Assembly (NCBI GenBank): GCA_951406725.2 | Contig: OX597828.1 | Span: forward strand, 45,570,001 to 45,634,000 | Source: Octopus vulgaris | Taxonomy: Eukaryota | Length of the DNA stretch: 64,000 nt | Direction: 5' to 3' | In this document: one piece after another, positions 1 through 13,627 of the stretch | Position numbering within the stretch: the stretch's first letter is position 1 | How the letters are laid out: every line of letters begins with the position of its first letter | The notes under the pieces: model-generated | Database searches by the model: none | Told to the model about the DNA's origin: nothing | What the model saw: only the letters and a program-made list of their open reading frames with translations | Position numbers and translations under genes: made by a program

Positions 1-50
1 GGGAATCGAAACCGCGATCCTATAACCGCGAGTCCGCTGCCCTAACCACT
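1..50 (-). mobile_element. SINE family B, tRNA-like head (cut by window edge)
   Basis: Reverse complement reads AGTGGTTAGGGCAGCGGACTCGCGG..GGTTTCGATTCCC (A/B-box-like); same head as copies at 35000-35383 and 49096-49606. Confidence 0.7.
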
Positions 51-340
51 CCATTGTTTTATTAATCATTCATCGAAATACAAAGAAAAAAAACTCGTTA
101 TTAATATCATACCTTTCGTCAGAAAACACTTGGTTGGTCTGCTGAAAACAGGAAATTTTTTCCAGTTCTTCAATTATTTTGTTTCTTCAATACAAAATGA
201 GGGATCTTTCTCGAAATATGGAATCGTTAAACAATCTATATGAAGTAATACAATGTTTTTTTCTCCTTAGTTTTATTCATTGAGGTCACCTTGATTTGCT
301 TAACTCCTCATCAGCATTGCTTAAATGTTTCAGCAGATAT

Positions 341-744
341 TTACTCTTTTACTTGTTTCAGTCATTTGACGGCGGCCATGCTGGAGCACCGCATTTAGTC
401 GAGCAACTCGACCCAGGGACTTATTCTTTGTAAGCCTAGTACTTATTCTGTCGGTCTCTTTTGCCGAACCGCTAAGTGACGGGGACATAAACACACTAGC
501 ATCGGTTGTCAAGCAATACTAGGGGGATAAACACAGACACACAAACACACACACACACACACATATATATGTACATATATACGACAGGCTTCTTTCAGTT
601 TCCGTCTACCAAATCCACTCATAAGTCTTTGGTCTGCCCGAAGCTGTAGTAGAAGACACTTGCCCAAGATGCCACGCAGTCGGACTGAACCCGGAACCAT
701 GTGGTTAGTAAGCAAGCTACTTACCACACAGCCACTCCTGCGCC
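341..744 (-). mobile_element. SINE family A, full length
   Basis: Head GGCGCAGGAGTGGCTGTGTGG..GGTTCAGTCC, CORE-like TCTTGGGCAAGT, central (TA)/(TG) tract, (GTAAAAGA)n tail; more than 15 copies in window. Confidence 0.9.
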
Positions 745-980
745 TATTTATTTGATTTATATTACAAAGCTTCGCACAAATTATAATACTCATTTATGAA
801 ATAAAAATTATTTCCGGGTTCTAAGGTAAATAATAATTTTATAATTTTGCGACACACTTAAACAAGTCTTCAGGCACGCTGTATGAATAGTTATTCTATA
901 ATCTTTAAAAATTGGTAAAATACATTAGAAAATGTAGTTCTGGTCGCAGTGTAAATTTTTTAAAAAATGATAACGATATA

Positions 981-1147
981 GGCGCAGGAGTGGCTGTGTG
1001 GTAAGTAGCTCGCTAACCAACCACATGGTTCCGGGTTCAGTCCCACTGCGTGGCATCTTGGGCAAGTATCTTCTGCCATAGCCCCGGGCCGACCAATGCC
1101 TTGTGAGTGGATTTGGCAGACGGAAACTGAAAGAAGCCTGTCGTATA

Positions 1148-1195
<48 letters not shown>

Positions 1196-1424
1196 GTGTG
1201 TGTGTGTGGGTTTGTGTGTCTGTGTTTGTCCCCCTAGCATTGCTTGACAACCGATGCTGGTGTGTTTACGTCCCCGTCACTTAGCAGTTCGGCAAAAGAG
1301 ACCAATAGAATAAGTACTGGGCTTACAAAGAATAAGTCCCGGGGTCGATTTGATCGACTAAAGGCGGTGCTCTAGCATGGCCACAGTCAAATGACTGAAA
1401 CAAGTAAAAGAGTAAAAGAGAGAG
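981..1424 (+). mobile_element. SINE family A, full length
   Basis: Same head, body and tail as 341-744, opposite orientation. Confidence 0.9.
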
Positions 1425-1863
1425 TTAAGAGTATGCTTAGGACAGGAGCATCTTTGATTATAAAACGCCTGAGTCGTGGACATTCTGGGCTTAAACAACA
1501 ACGACGACGACGACAACGATGACAGCAACAACTACAATAACACTGGCTAAGTCAATTCAGATGAATGAAATATACTGCCAATGGCAGTAGAGTTTACTTT
1601 AGGACAGAGGGTGTGGTAATTTTTTCTAAAATGAATTTCTTAGTAGGAACATAAAATAAGTATAGCCAGCTGTCAGTTGCAAGTGACTATGTGTATGATA
1701 GTACGTACCATATTTAGGGCACCCTCTGGTTATTGCCGTTAAAACGAACATAGCTATCTTTTCATAATACGAGAATGGATTAGATATTTGAATTTGAGGG
1801 TAAGGAATACGAGAAAGAAGATATGCAGATTTCACATTTCTATTACAAAGTAATTATATTTTG

Positions 1864-2560
1864 TAGTTAGTGGTAATCATGTATGGCACTATTTCATTCT
1901 GTTTTGAAATCTTCAGCATGATTTCCCTTGTAGCATATTTTAATTCTTATATAGTTAGTGGTAATCATGTATGGCACTATTTCATTCTGTTTTGAAATCT
2001 TCAGCATGATTTCCCCTGTAGCATATTTTAATTCTTATATAGTTAGTGGTAATCATGTATGGCACTATTTCATTCTGTTTTGAAATCTTCAGCATGATTT
2101 CGCCTGTAGCATATTTTAATTCTTATATAGTTAGTGGTAATCATGTATGGCACTATTTCATTCTGTTTTGAAATCTTCAGCATGATTTCGCCTGTAGCAT
2201 ATTTTAATTCTTATATAGTTAGTGGTAATCATGTATGGCACTATTTCATTCTGTTTTGAAATCTTCAGCATGATTTCCCATGTAGCATATTTTAATTCTT
2301 ATATAGTTAGTGGTAATCATGTATGGCACTATTTCATTCTGTTTTGAAATCTTCAGCATGATTTCCCATGTAGCATATTTTACTTCTTATTTAGTTAGTG
2401 GTAATCATGTATGGCACTATTTCATTCTGTTTTGAAATCTTCAGCATGATTTCCCCTGTAGCATATTTTACTTCTTATATAGTTAGTGGTAATCATGTAT
2501 GGCACTATTTCATTCTGTTTTGAAATCTTCAGCATGATTTCCCCGGCAGCATATTTTTAA
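1864..2560. repeat. 88-bp tandem repeat, 8 nearly identical copies
   Basis: Unit TAGTTAGTGGTAATCATG..TTCTTATA restarts at 1864, 1952, 2040, 2128, 2216, 2304, 2392, 2480; variation nearly confined to the tttcccttg/tttcgcctg/tttcccatg stretch. Confidence 0.97.
1875..1923 (-). ncRNA. Putative minimal type I hammerhead ribozyme (first of 8, one per 88-bp monomer)
   Basis: Minus strand: AATCATG | CTGAAGA | T-TTC-AAAACA-GAA-T | GAAA | TAGTGCCA | TA | CATGATT. Perfect 7-bp stem I, canonical CUGANGA and GAAA, UH site; stems II and III weak. Confidence 0.65.
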
Positions 2561-2656
2561 TTAAGTATATTACTATATTACGAAGAGAGACGCTTCACTG
2601 AAATTAAACATGAAAAGAATTACAGTATGGATGGAATTCAAGGAGAATTTTCTGTT

Positions 2657-2846
2657 TTTCTTCTTCTTCTTCTTCTTCTTCTTCTTCTTCTTCTTCTTCT
2701 TCGTCTACAACTACTACTACTACTTCTTTTTCTTCTTCTTCTTCTTCTTCTTCTTCTTCTTCTTCTTCTTCTTCTTCTTCTTCTTCTTCTTCTTCTTCTT
2801 CTTCTTCTTCTTCTTCTTCTTCTTCTTCTTCTTCTTCTTCTTCTTC
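2657..2846. repeat. (CTT)n microsatellite
   Basis: Direct reading. Confidence 0.97.
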
Positions 2847-3751
2847 ATAGAACGTTAGTAGTTTAGCAATCGAAAGAAAGAAGCAGCAGTCTAAGTGTGT
2901 AGCTAGAAAATAAACACCGTTTTGCTTTATTCATCTATAAAATGTTCATGCGTATATGCGTCTATTGCGAGCAGACAAACACGTCGTCTTAAACTAGAAC
3001 CTTTCAATTTTCATCCAGTGGAACATCGAGATATGATAGCTGGCAGCTGTAAAGAGAGAGAGAGAGAGAGAGAGGATTACTAGAGCTGAGCTGGAACTCA
3101 TTTATAGCTGAGTCAACGGGAGCAATGTGAAAAGATATGCTTTAATCGTAAACATAAAGTGCAGCTTGATTCAATGGAGGCAACACCTTAACCACGAGAA
3201 TACGCGCATTCTAATTAGGCAAAAGGCTTATTCACATTTTAATGAGGAGCCTTCAGCTGTTGTCATCGATTTCTTTCGAAGAAGAAGTTAGTGATCCTTA
3301 ATGAATGTTTAAATAACCATAACATCTTTCCGTTTAATCCTCAGCTAAATCTATCCCAACATATGTATGCCTCCCTATATTTCTTCATTAACGACCCACG
3401 CTGAATTGGTCATAGATTAATTATTACACAGATGCAGGCAACTTAAGAAGCAATGGTGTATATCATAAGCAAGGCATTGAATTACGAAGGAGAGTGTGCA
3501 GTAGCGTGATCGGTTGGGAGTGGAGTAGGCTTGAAGTAGTGGTTCTTATTATCTGGTATGATGGATATGTTTTGAAGAGTGGTGCTGATGGTGATGAAGT
3601 ATGTGCCATTCCACTATAACAAGGTTTAATTTATCATCAAACTTCTTAATTTGATTATTTTTATAATTTGTCAATTTCAATTTATATTTCACTGGAAATT
3701 TGATTGGTCTTTTCTTTTTTAGCTTTGACGAGTTTTTGGTATTGTACAGGC

Positions 3752-3756
3752 CTCTC

Positions 3757-3801
<45 letters not shown>

Positions 3802-4086
3802 TTCTCGCTCTCTCTCTCTCTCTTTCTCGCTCTCGCTCTCTCTCTCCCTCATTCTCTATTTGTTTACATACCTACACACATACACGTTTATGTAGGCATA
3901 TATGTGTGTGTGTGTGCGTGTACTTGTATGTATATATTGTGTATGTATGTATGTACGTGTACTTGTGCATGAATATATATCGACACATGTATATGTGTAT
4001 ATGTGCATCTACGTATTTGTATATATATATATATATATAACTTTATATCTATATGTATATATATATATTTGTGCACACACACACTC

Positions 4087-4137
<51 letters not shown>

Positions 4138-4225
4138 TAAAAATGTGTGTGTGTACACATATACATATGCAATATATACATGTATGTATGTATATATAAC
4201 ATTCATACATTTGTACATGTGCTTC

Positions 4226-4287
<62 letters not shown>

Positions 4288-4325
4288 GTGTGTGTGTGTG
4301 CGTATGTCTAATATACGTATGTGTG
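3752..4325. repeat. (CT)n followed by mixed (TA)/(TG)/(TATG) microsatellites
   Basis: Direct reading. Confidence 0.92.
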
Positions 4326-4514
4326 ATTAGTTGAAACTGTAAAAACATGATGAACTCAGTTTTAATATTAACGCCATTTTAAAACTGATTTATGATAAAG
4401 AGGTCTGCGAGGATGAAAAAAAGTACAGCCGCCACTACCAACATCCTCACCACTACAACCTTCACCTCTACAATGGCCTACCACCAGGGAACCACCATTA
4501 GCAACATCATGTCT

Positions 4515-5080
<566 letters not shown>

Positions 5081-5850
5081 ACACATAAAATGACAACGAT
5101 AGCGTTAGCATTAACTAGGCCTCTTAGAAACAACAGTCAAATCTCTCTTAAACCACACCATGAGTCCTTAAAACGGAAGAGCCATGCTGAATATTAATAG
5201 TACTGGACGTAAATGAATACGGAGTTCCATTAAAAAAACATATGGTCACAGTTGGAGCATTTTTGATTGCAGAAGTGCTCAGCCAGGCCTGACCTAGGGC
5301 TGAACAAATCACCCTGTAAACCATTGTTAACAAGACAACCATATTAACAATTAAAGCATCAACAATAATATTAACCACGACGACGACCACGACGATGACG
5401 ATGACAACAACGATGACAGCGCAGTAGTGACTTCCGCTTGCGTGTATCTTGGCGGTGGCGACAGCCAAGATACAGACAAGCGTAAGTTACTACAAGATGC
5501 TCGGAGAAGTCCGTTAAATTTTCAGAACAGAAAAAGTAGAATGGAAAAAAAACAAAAAATCGAAAAAAAAATCGCAAAACTGACGTATTAAATAATGTGA
5601 TCTTTGACGTACTGTATTGTCACGGCTGGACCGCCATTGATCACAGCACTACTCGATCGGTTCTGACCTGTGGCTAAATAGCAGTAACAACACAACACAA
5701 CACAACAAATGATCAGGTTTGCGAATCTACGCAAATAAAAACTACACAAAAATGGCAGCAAAAAGAATAATGAAAATAGAAATAAAAAAACGAAACTAAT
5801 AATATTAATCATAACAACAACAACAACAACAACAACAACAGCAACAGCAA

Positions 5851-6369
5851 TAATTGCTCTGATGCGGTACCAGGCACTGGCTCTCGTGGCTTCTTATCTT
5901 AACTGATTGGAAGTATTATCATGTGCATCGATTTGTCTTGGTATAAAAGATGGGCTACAGCAAATATTCTGCTCAATACCACAGATTTGCTTGTCAGTTG
6001 TTTGACCTTAAACCAGTTGAGCATGTCCCTTAGTGGCTGACGATATGTGCATCTCTGATCACGAGCAGAAGTAGTGGGGGAGCATCATAGCCATGTGTTG
6101 AGAGGGATTCTTTGGAGTTTGAATAATTCACATGTGAAAATATGGGTGTTTCGTTCAACATCCTTAAACAACCCTTATTCAAAAATCATTTGAGCGGGAT
6201 GAACTACTGGACGAGAAAAAAGAATTCTAATAGGAACCCACCTGCAATGTCATGCGCTGTTTATCTTGATATGAGATGACCATGTCGCGCACATATGGTT
6301 GTGATACTTGTGATGGTTATACTGGGTTTCGTATATTTTACCCCAGTGTCATGCACTGCTCTCTCACTC

Positions 6370-6438
<69 letters not shown>

Positions 6439-6491
6439 TATAATAATAATAATAATAATGATAATAATAATAATGATAATAATAATAATAA
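5851..6491 (+). mobile_element. Family D: 3' portion of a retroelement ending in (AAT)n
   Basis: Its 3' ~260 bp is the reverse complement of 42600-42875; ends CTCTCTCACTC then (AAT)n; sits in an (AAC)n run. Confidence 0.7.
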
Positions 6492-7239
6492 CGCATACAC
6501 ATCACGTATTTGGAATTTGAAGTGGTGCGTATTCACAACATATAGAAGGTACTCCTATTAGCCACTGCTTTACATATCATGTAGAGTACCATAGAGTTCA
6601 TACAATATACAGTACATAATACTACAAGGCACTTCACGCATAATAAGCGGTTAAAGCGTTTGGTGCGTCATCATAATGTTGTGCGTTCGATTTCTAGAAT
6701 GTGCGATGCGTTGCCTTGACTAAGGCCCATCGTATCACATTGCTCTCGCTTACTCAGTTGAAAACAAGAACCACCTAGTGCTGGTGGAGCTCCCTCCACT
6801 CTCTCCCCTTCTGATGTAACGCCCTTGAAGTTCCGTTGGATCAAGAAAGGGTACTCGTGTCTGCTCCCGGCTATATTGGTATCGAAAACAAGAAGCGAAA
6901 GCGTGGTACATAACCTTATCAGATCGTACTTGCTTGCGAGTGACGTCTATACAAATCTTAAGATTTTTATCTGTGTCTGTAAATTGCGAGGAACTCTAAC
7001 ATGTGTAATATCTAGAGGTGATGTTTCCTGTCCATTGTGTAAGTCCTGTAGAATTAAAGAACAACAACAACAGGAACAACAGCAACAACAGGAATAACAA
7101 TAATAACGAGAGCAACGATGACGATGACGAGGACGACGACCACCACCACTACCACCACCCTTACTTCACTGATTATTAAATAATTCAAACAACAACTACT
7201 AAATTCTAAACAAATCACACACGTTCACACGCGCGCACA

Positions 7240-7559
<320 letters not shown>

Positions 7560-7914
7560 CTATCCATTTATAGAGACTAGCTCGTGTTAAGGTGTTTTCT
7601 TATTAGACTTACCGAATATATAGTAACAAAATAACAATACAATAACTCCTAGGTCCTTCTATGACACGAACCCAGGTTTGTCAGATAATTAGTTCCGTTC
7701 CGACAGTTTAGCACCAGCACAAACGAACAATCAAGTAGCCTTGCGGTTATTTACTGCGAGTGTTTAAACAAATAACTCCACCTTATCAGGAAAAGCAATT
7801 TCAGCCATTTTGGGGAGTTTAGCTTCGTTAAAGCCGAGCAGAAGTCTATAGGAATATAAGAATATAGTAGGAAGGGAATTATAGATTAGGCAGATATAAA
7901 TTTCCTGCACATAA

Positions 7915-8060
7915 GCACCGGTTTATTGACTTGTCCTGACCCTGTGTGTCAAGGCAGAAATATATTGAGCAGATTTGAGAAAATGGAAAACTGGACGTAA
8001 CAAAAGATTTAGTGAACGCATCAATAGCTTTCGGCATTTACGCCACGAAATTAAAGTCAC
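7915..8060 (+). pseudogene. Frameshifted GIY-YIG endonuclease relic (Penelope-like)
   Basis: Successive frames give LTCPDPVC, QKYIEQ, KTGRNKRFSERINSFRH, resembling PLE xTCxxC..YIG(Q/K)TGR..RFxEH. Confidence 0.45.
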
Positions 8061-8074
8061 ATCGAAATGCACGT

Positions 8075-8671
8075 ACATACATACATACATACATTCATAC
8101 ATACGTACATACATACATACATACATACATGCATACATACATACATACATACATACAAGCATACATACATACATACATGCATGCATACATACATACATAC
8201 ATGCATGCATACATACATACATACATACATACATTCATACATACGTACATACATACATACATACATACATACATACATACATACATACATACGCACGTAC
8301 ATACATACATACATACATACATACAAGCATACATACATACATACATACATGCATGCATACATACATACATACATGCATGCATACATACATACATACATAA
8401 ATACATACATACATACATACATACACATACATACATACATACATACATACATAGATACATACATACATACATACATACATACATACATACATACATACAT
8501 ACATACATACATGCATGCATACATACATACATACATGCATGCATACATACATACATACATAAATACATACATACATACATACACACATACATACATACAT
8601 ACATACATACATACATACATACATACATGCATACATACATACATACATACATACAAACATACATACATACA

Positions 8672-8707
<36 letters not shown>

Positions 8708-8710
8708 TAT
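8075..8710. repeat. (TACA)n microsatellite with higher-order duplications
   Basis: Direct reading; interrupting motif ACATTCATACATACGT recurs 140 bp apart (8091, 8231). Confidence 0.95.
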
Positions 8711-9237
8711 AAAGTATGTATGTATGTATGTGCATAAATATATGCGTATATATGTGTATGTGTGTACGTATGTACGTATGTGTGTATATATGTATGTTAT
8801 GTGTGCGTGTATGTTAGATTAGTTAAGTGTATAAGTATGGGTCACGTGGGAAGGTTTTTGCGCGCGTGCGTGTTTGAATATGAGAAATGGGGGTTTTGCG
8901 TGAATGTTGGTAGGAGTAGGTATGCATGTGTGTATATGATTGCTTGTTTCTGTGTTCTGAAGCTTCAAATAGTATTGTTAATGTATACATGTGGACATAT
9001 ATGTACGTACACACACACACGCGCACACACATGTATGTATGCATACATTTATTTATATATGTGGGTGTTTATAAGTGCCAGTAAAGTTAATATAAGTATA
9101 TAATATAAGTGTATAATATAAGTATATAATATAAGTGTATATAATGCCAAACCAACAAAAATATAATTCCCAAGTATATCTCAAACCGTTTAAATTGGCC
9201 CCTAAGGAATAGCAAAGGATCCTACCTCTAACAATCA

Positions 9238-10052
9238 TTGCACGAGATCGAAAATGAGCTCAGACATTCCCATGAAAAGGGATGGGGGGGGAGAGAATCC
9301 AGGGCTGTTAAATATATGAAGACAAACCCTAAAGCCTTCTATAGATTTTCGATAATGTCTGCTTCAGCACGGTACAGGATAGGGCTACCGTTCGAAGAAA
9401 ATGGTTCATCGATTGCAGACCGCCAGAGGATCAGAGACATACTGAATGTGTATTACAAGAATGTTTTCACAATTCCACTGGGACACTTGTAAATAGCTAT
9501 ACTTGATGAGTTCTTCGGCAACCACTCACCACTACACAAGGTGATGCCAAATATTGATAACTAGCAGTATCGCCCGGCGTTGCTCGGTTTTGTAAGGGAA
9601 ATAACTATATAAGCATTTTTAGAGAATTATAGCAAAAAAATAGCAAAAAAATGCATTAAAAATGGAAAAAAAATGATGGTAAATTTTTTTTTAAACCTTG
9701 ACTCATCGTAGACATTTTTAGAGAGTTACTTCCCTTATATGATAGCGAAAAAATGCATCAAAAGGGAAAAATAATGGTAAATTATTTTTAAAATCGTAGA
9801 CTCATCGTAGACGCACGCTAATACCCAGAAGGGCTCGATATGAATCACGACTATAAGATACCCGCTTTTGGTTACACTGCACCGCAAAATGTGGGAGTAG
9901 TTAGGAATCTAAATCGTAGGAGACAGACACACAACCTCTCTTTTATATATAAAGATATCGAAATAGAGGAATTGGATGTAATATCAGCCATTCATGAAAT
10001 GAGTTCAAGTTCAGCTACAAGGCCTGATGGGTTCCCAGTAATCTTGCCAAAG
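9238..10052 (+). pseudogene. LINE ORF2 relic (pre-RT region), split by a Helitron
   Basis: MKTNPKAFYRF..DILNVYYKNVFT, then after removing 9561-9955 the frame reads NIDNIEIEELDVISAIHEMSSSSATRPDGFPVILPK (xxGPDG motif). Confidence 0.8.
9561..9955 (-). mobile_element. Non-autonomous Helitron, complete
   Basis: Minus strand starts 5'-TCTTTATATATAAAAG and ends CCGAGCAACGCCGGG hairpin + ..CTAG-3'; inserted between A and T with no TSD; excision restores the LINE reading frame. Confidence 0.88.
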
Positions 10053-10239
10053 ATATCGTCTAGAGCTGTATTAATCGCCGAATTTGACGTCACTGCGCTG
10101 TTCCAAAGACCTCAGGTATCCCGTGTAGATTGAGGACCATATACTGCAGTAGCTTAGAGATCAAGGCCCAACATCTACACAGACTGACAAACAGACAGAT
10201 AGACAGACAGACCAACAGATAGATAGATAGATAGATAGT

Positions 10240-10288
<49 letters not shown>

Positions 10289-10324
10289 CGATCGATCGAT
10301 AGATAGATAGATAGATATGCATGT

Positions 10325-10540
10325 GTACGTATCTCTGTTTTTGTCCCCTCGACCACTTGACAACCGGTGTCCGTGGGTTTACGTTCTCGTATGCTAGCGT
10401 TTCAGCAAACGAGACCGATAAATGAAGTACCAGACGTTAAATAAAAATAAGTCCTAGAATCAATTTCGTTCGACTAAAACCCTCTAAGGTGGTGCCCTTG
10501 CATGGCCGCAGCCCAACAACTGAAAATGAAGCAAAAAACA
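10325..10540 (+). mobile_element. SINE family A, diverged 3' half after (GATA)n
   Basis: CTTGACAACCGGTGT..GAGACCGATA..CATGGCCGCAG motifs. Confidence 0.65.
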
Positions 10541-10902
10541 AAAAGATTTCCGTTTATAGAATTTCATTAAGAAGACAATGGCTGATCCCGGGACCCACCG
10601 CAGAAGTCATTGTCCCTAGGAGCCGCAGAGGCTTACGAAACGGACTTTTTAACAATACCATAATATAACTTATTTTTCCAGCTGAAACCCCGTCTACTGA
10701 TGTTGTTGTTGTTGCTGATATCACTGTTGTTCGTGTCATATTCTCCTCCTCCGTGTCTACCTGTTAATGGACACGCTTCAGTAGCCAACCAGCCATCCAT
10801 CCATCCATCATTTTTGTTTTTCATCTTTTATGTCCTGCCTCCGGTGCAGTAGCTATGACGACAACCGGTGTGCAATTGATATCGTTGTTATTGTTGTCGC
10901 TC

Positions 10903-10942
<40 letters not shown>

Positions 10943-10952
10943 TATTATTATC

Positions 10953-11002
<50 letters not shown>

Positions 11003-11037
11003 CATCATCATCATCATCATCGTCATCATTATTATTA
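10903..11037. repeat. (ATC)/(ATT)n microsatellite
   Basis: Direct reading. Confidence 0.95.
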
Positions 11038-11464
11038 CGAACAGCATAATCATTACAACATAGCTCTGAGTGCACCACCGCCACCACCACTACCACCACC
11101 ATAATTACTACCTTTATTAATCACCTTCCTGCTGTTAATCTTCAGGGCTGGTATTGTTGCTCTTGTTGTTGTCATGGTTATTGCTATTGTTATCGTTGTT
11201 GACGTCGTTGTATTAACTATATTTTGTTGTTTGGCAGATGTTGTTATTATAACATAATTCAGTATAGCAACGAACAAAGGGCGTTCCAGCAGTGACTACC
11301 CAATCTTATATTCAGATACAGTGTATCTTGAACCATATTAACGAAGCTCTGGTCTAGTAGACCCATGATCAAAGACATTCCAGTCATGACCATCTCGACT
11401 TTGGTACATCTAGAACTACATTGTCCTGCGTAATCTTTATTTTTAAACCAGTATGATTACCATG

Positions 11465-11751
11465 GTGAAGGCGCGTAGCCTCGTGGTTAGGGTGTTGCAC
11501 TTGTGATATCAAGATCGTGGTTTCGATTCCTGGACCGGGTGATGCATTGTGCTTTTGAGCAAAATACTTCATTTCAAGTTACTCCAGTCCACTCAGCTGT
11601 AAATGGGTGACCCTGTCACGGGCTACCATTCCAGTCAGGAGTAATGTTGGCCTGCTGGCCTAACCAACGTGATGGCACCATTCGAAAATAACAAGAATGT
11701 GAGAAAGCGCAATGTGACCAGCGGTGTATAACCATATCCGATAATCTGATC
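11465..11751 (+). mobile_element. SINE with B-type tRNA-like head, diverged subfamily
   Basis: GTGAAGGCGCGTAGCCTCGTGGTTAGGG..GGTTTCGATTCC, then CTCCAGTCCACTCAGCTGTAAATGGG; related heads at ~26575 and 52821. Confidence 0.65.
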
Positions 11752-11863
11752 GAAATGTCGTGAAAGCAAGTGTAAAGTCATTTAAGAGGACGTCAGTACG
11801 ATTTAGAATAATTCAAATGTGAATAGGAAAAGTCAAAGAGAGACAGACAGAGGAAGACAGATA

Positions 11864-11908
<45 letters not shown>

Positions 11909-12843
11909 GGGAGTGAGAGAGATGTTGAGAGAAGTTCATTTCTAAACACATCATTTCCTTTTAAAGCAACTACAATTTTTACTTCACTCTATTTTGCACG
12001 CATATTATCTTCAGTATGTTGGTTTGTCCCGAAGCTTTAGGGTGAAAGTAAGATCTTTTATAACCTCTATAATTTGGTATTTTAACTTTTGTTCCTAGTA
12101 AAGAACTCTACAATTATTTTAACGCATTGTATGAATGTAATATTTATCAGAATTTGTCTTTGTACATTTGTTCTAAAAAATAAACCTGACTCGACAGACT
12201 CATGCATTGCTTAAAATAAGCGCCATTTTGAAATATAAATTACTATAATAATTTCTCTTTAGAATTGGTAAAGTATACGTTATTGTTGTAGAGTTCAAAC
12301 TAGGACTGACCGATCGCTTTTGTTTTACCGTACTTTCGACAATCGTTTATATTCGTGTTTTAGAAACTCTATCATTATGAATTTAAGAATACAGATGATA
12401 TTTGATTTATATTTGTTGGACTTTCAGAATAGCTGTCTTACATAAATCAGAATTTTCCTTTTTTTATCGGGATTTTTCTACATTTCAAAACACCCGTGGG
12501 CTGATTTTCTTTAACACTTATCCATAATCTTTTTAAACGGCTACTCATCCCCTCATCGTACCTTCGTCATTTCACAAGTATTTCACATTTTGAAATACTT
12601 GTAATTTGTATTCTTACAGAAAATATTCGGAAAAGCCATCATGCATAAATCGGCATTCTTCATTTTTTTTTTCGGATTTTAATCGTGAAAATTAAAATAA
12701 AGATGTGGAGAGAAGGGGAGAGACAGGTGAGGGGTAGGGGAAAAGAGAACCGATTTCTTTGACTTTTCCTCTTCACATTTGAATTATTCTAAAACGTACT
12801 GACGTCCTCTTAAATGACTTTACACTCGCTTTCACGACATTTC
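11752..12843. mobile_element. Non-autonomous element with ~88-bp terminal inverted repeats
   Basis: 11752-11839 is the reverse complement of 12756-12843 with few mismatches; non-coding AT-rich interior; no clear TSD. Confidence 0.7.
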
Positions 12844-13442
12844 CCATTAAACCAAATTTAACGTGGAAAGTTGGTAGTAGTAGCTGCTTAGAATCACCAA
12901 ACGGACGTTCATTTTAGGGACATGTGTTGGTCTTAGTTAATTTAATCACATTTAATATGGCGATCCAACTTGTATGACGATATCTTCGGGATCTTCTCAG
13001 GGATTTTATTGATGGCTGAATACGGTATTAAATGATTATTATACAATGTTTCTTGTAAGTGGACGAAGTGTGCAATGTGGATGCATGGTTTTACGATACC
13101 GTTTTGGAGTAGATCTCTTTTATAGATTCTTCATGCTACATCAAACAGACGACTCTCTACAGAAGACACAATTATGTTAACACTACATAAAAAAGATGTC
13201 GGTTGAGTCTGAAACAAGTTTGAGAACAGTTGAATGATGTCAATGCTACAGCTGGGCAAATCATCTTCTATAAGGTATATTGCCAAGTTAATATTTTATT
13301 TTGATTTCGACTTGTTAGTAAATTTTGATCAAATAATTTACCACCTCTCCGGTTTGAGGCAAGAAATTCGGCTTCCTCTTTCAGTAAATCGTATCGTTCA
13401 AACGCTCTTAAGGCCTGAGGCTTCACATTTTCCCCTCAGACA

Positions 13443-13577
13443 GGTGCAGGCTTGGCTGTGTGATAAGAAACTTGCTTCCCAACTATATGGTTCCGGGTTC
13501 AGTCCCACCTAACGCAATTTGTTTTCTATTATAAAGTCGGGCCGACCGAATCCTTGTGAGCGGATTTGGTAGGCAGA

Positions 13578-13627
<50 letters not shown>

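Noticed and set aside
509-1250. Recurring peptide [32 protein letters not shown] as a gene family
   Set aside because: Antisense translation of SINE A, seen at every copy.
1864-2560. CRISPR-like array
   Set aside because: Units are contiguous near-identical repeats with no unique spacers; eukaryotic context and no cas genes.
7923-8822. Long IHTY/MYVC ORFs (also 25827-26493, 30250-30967, 31344-31911, 59128-59546)
   Set aside because: Stop-free translations of di- and tetranucleotide microsatellites.
10560-10670. Possible plus-strand exon (ISLRRQWLIPGPTAEV..)
   Set aside because: Only an acceptor-like site and a short frame; no donor or homology evidence.
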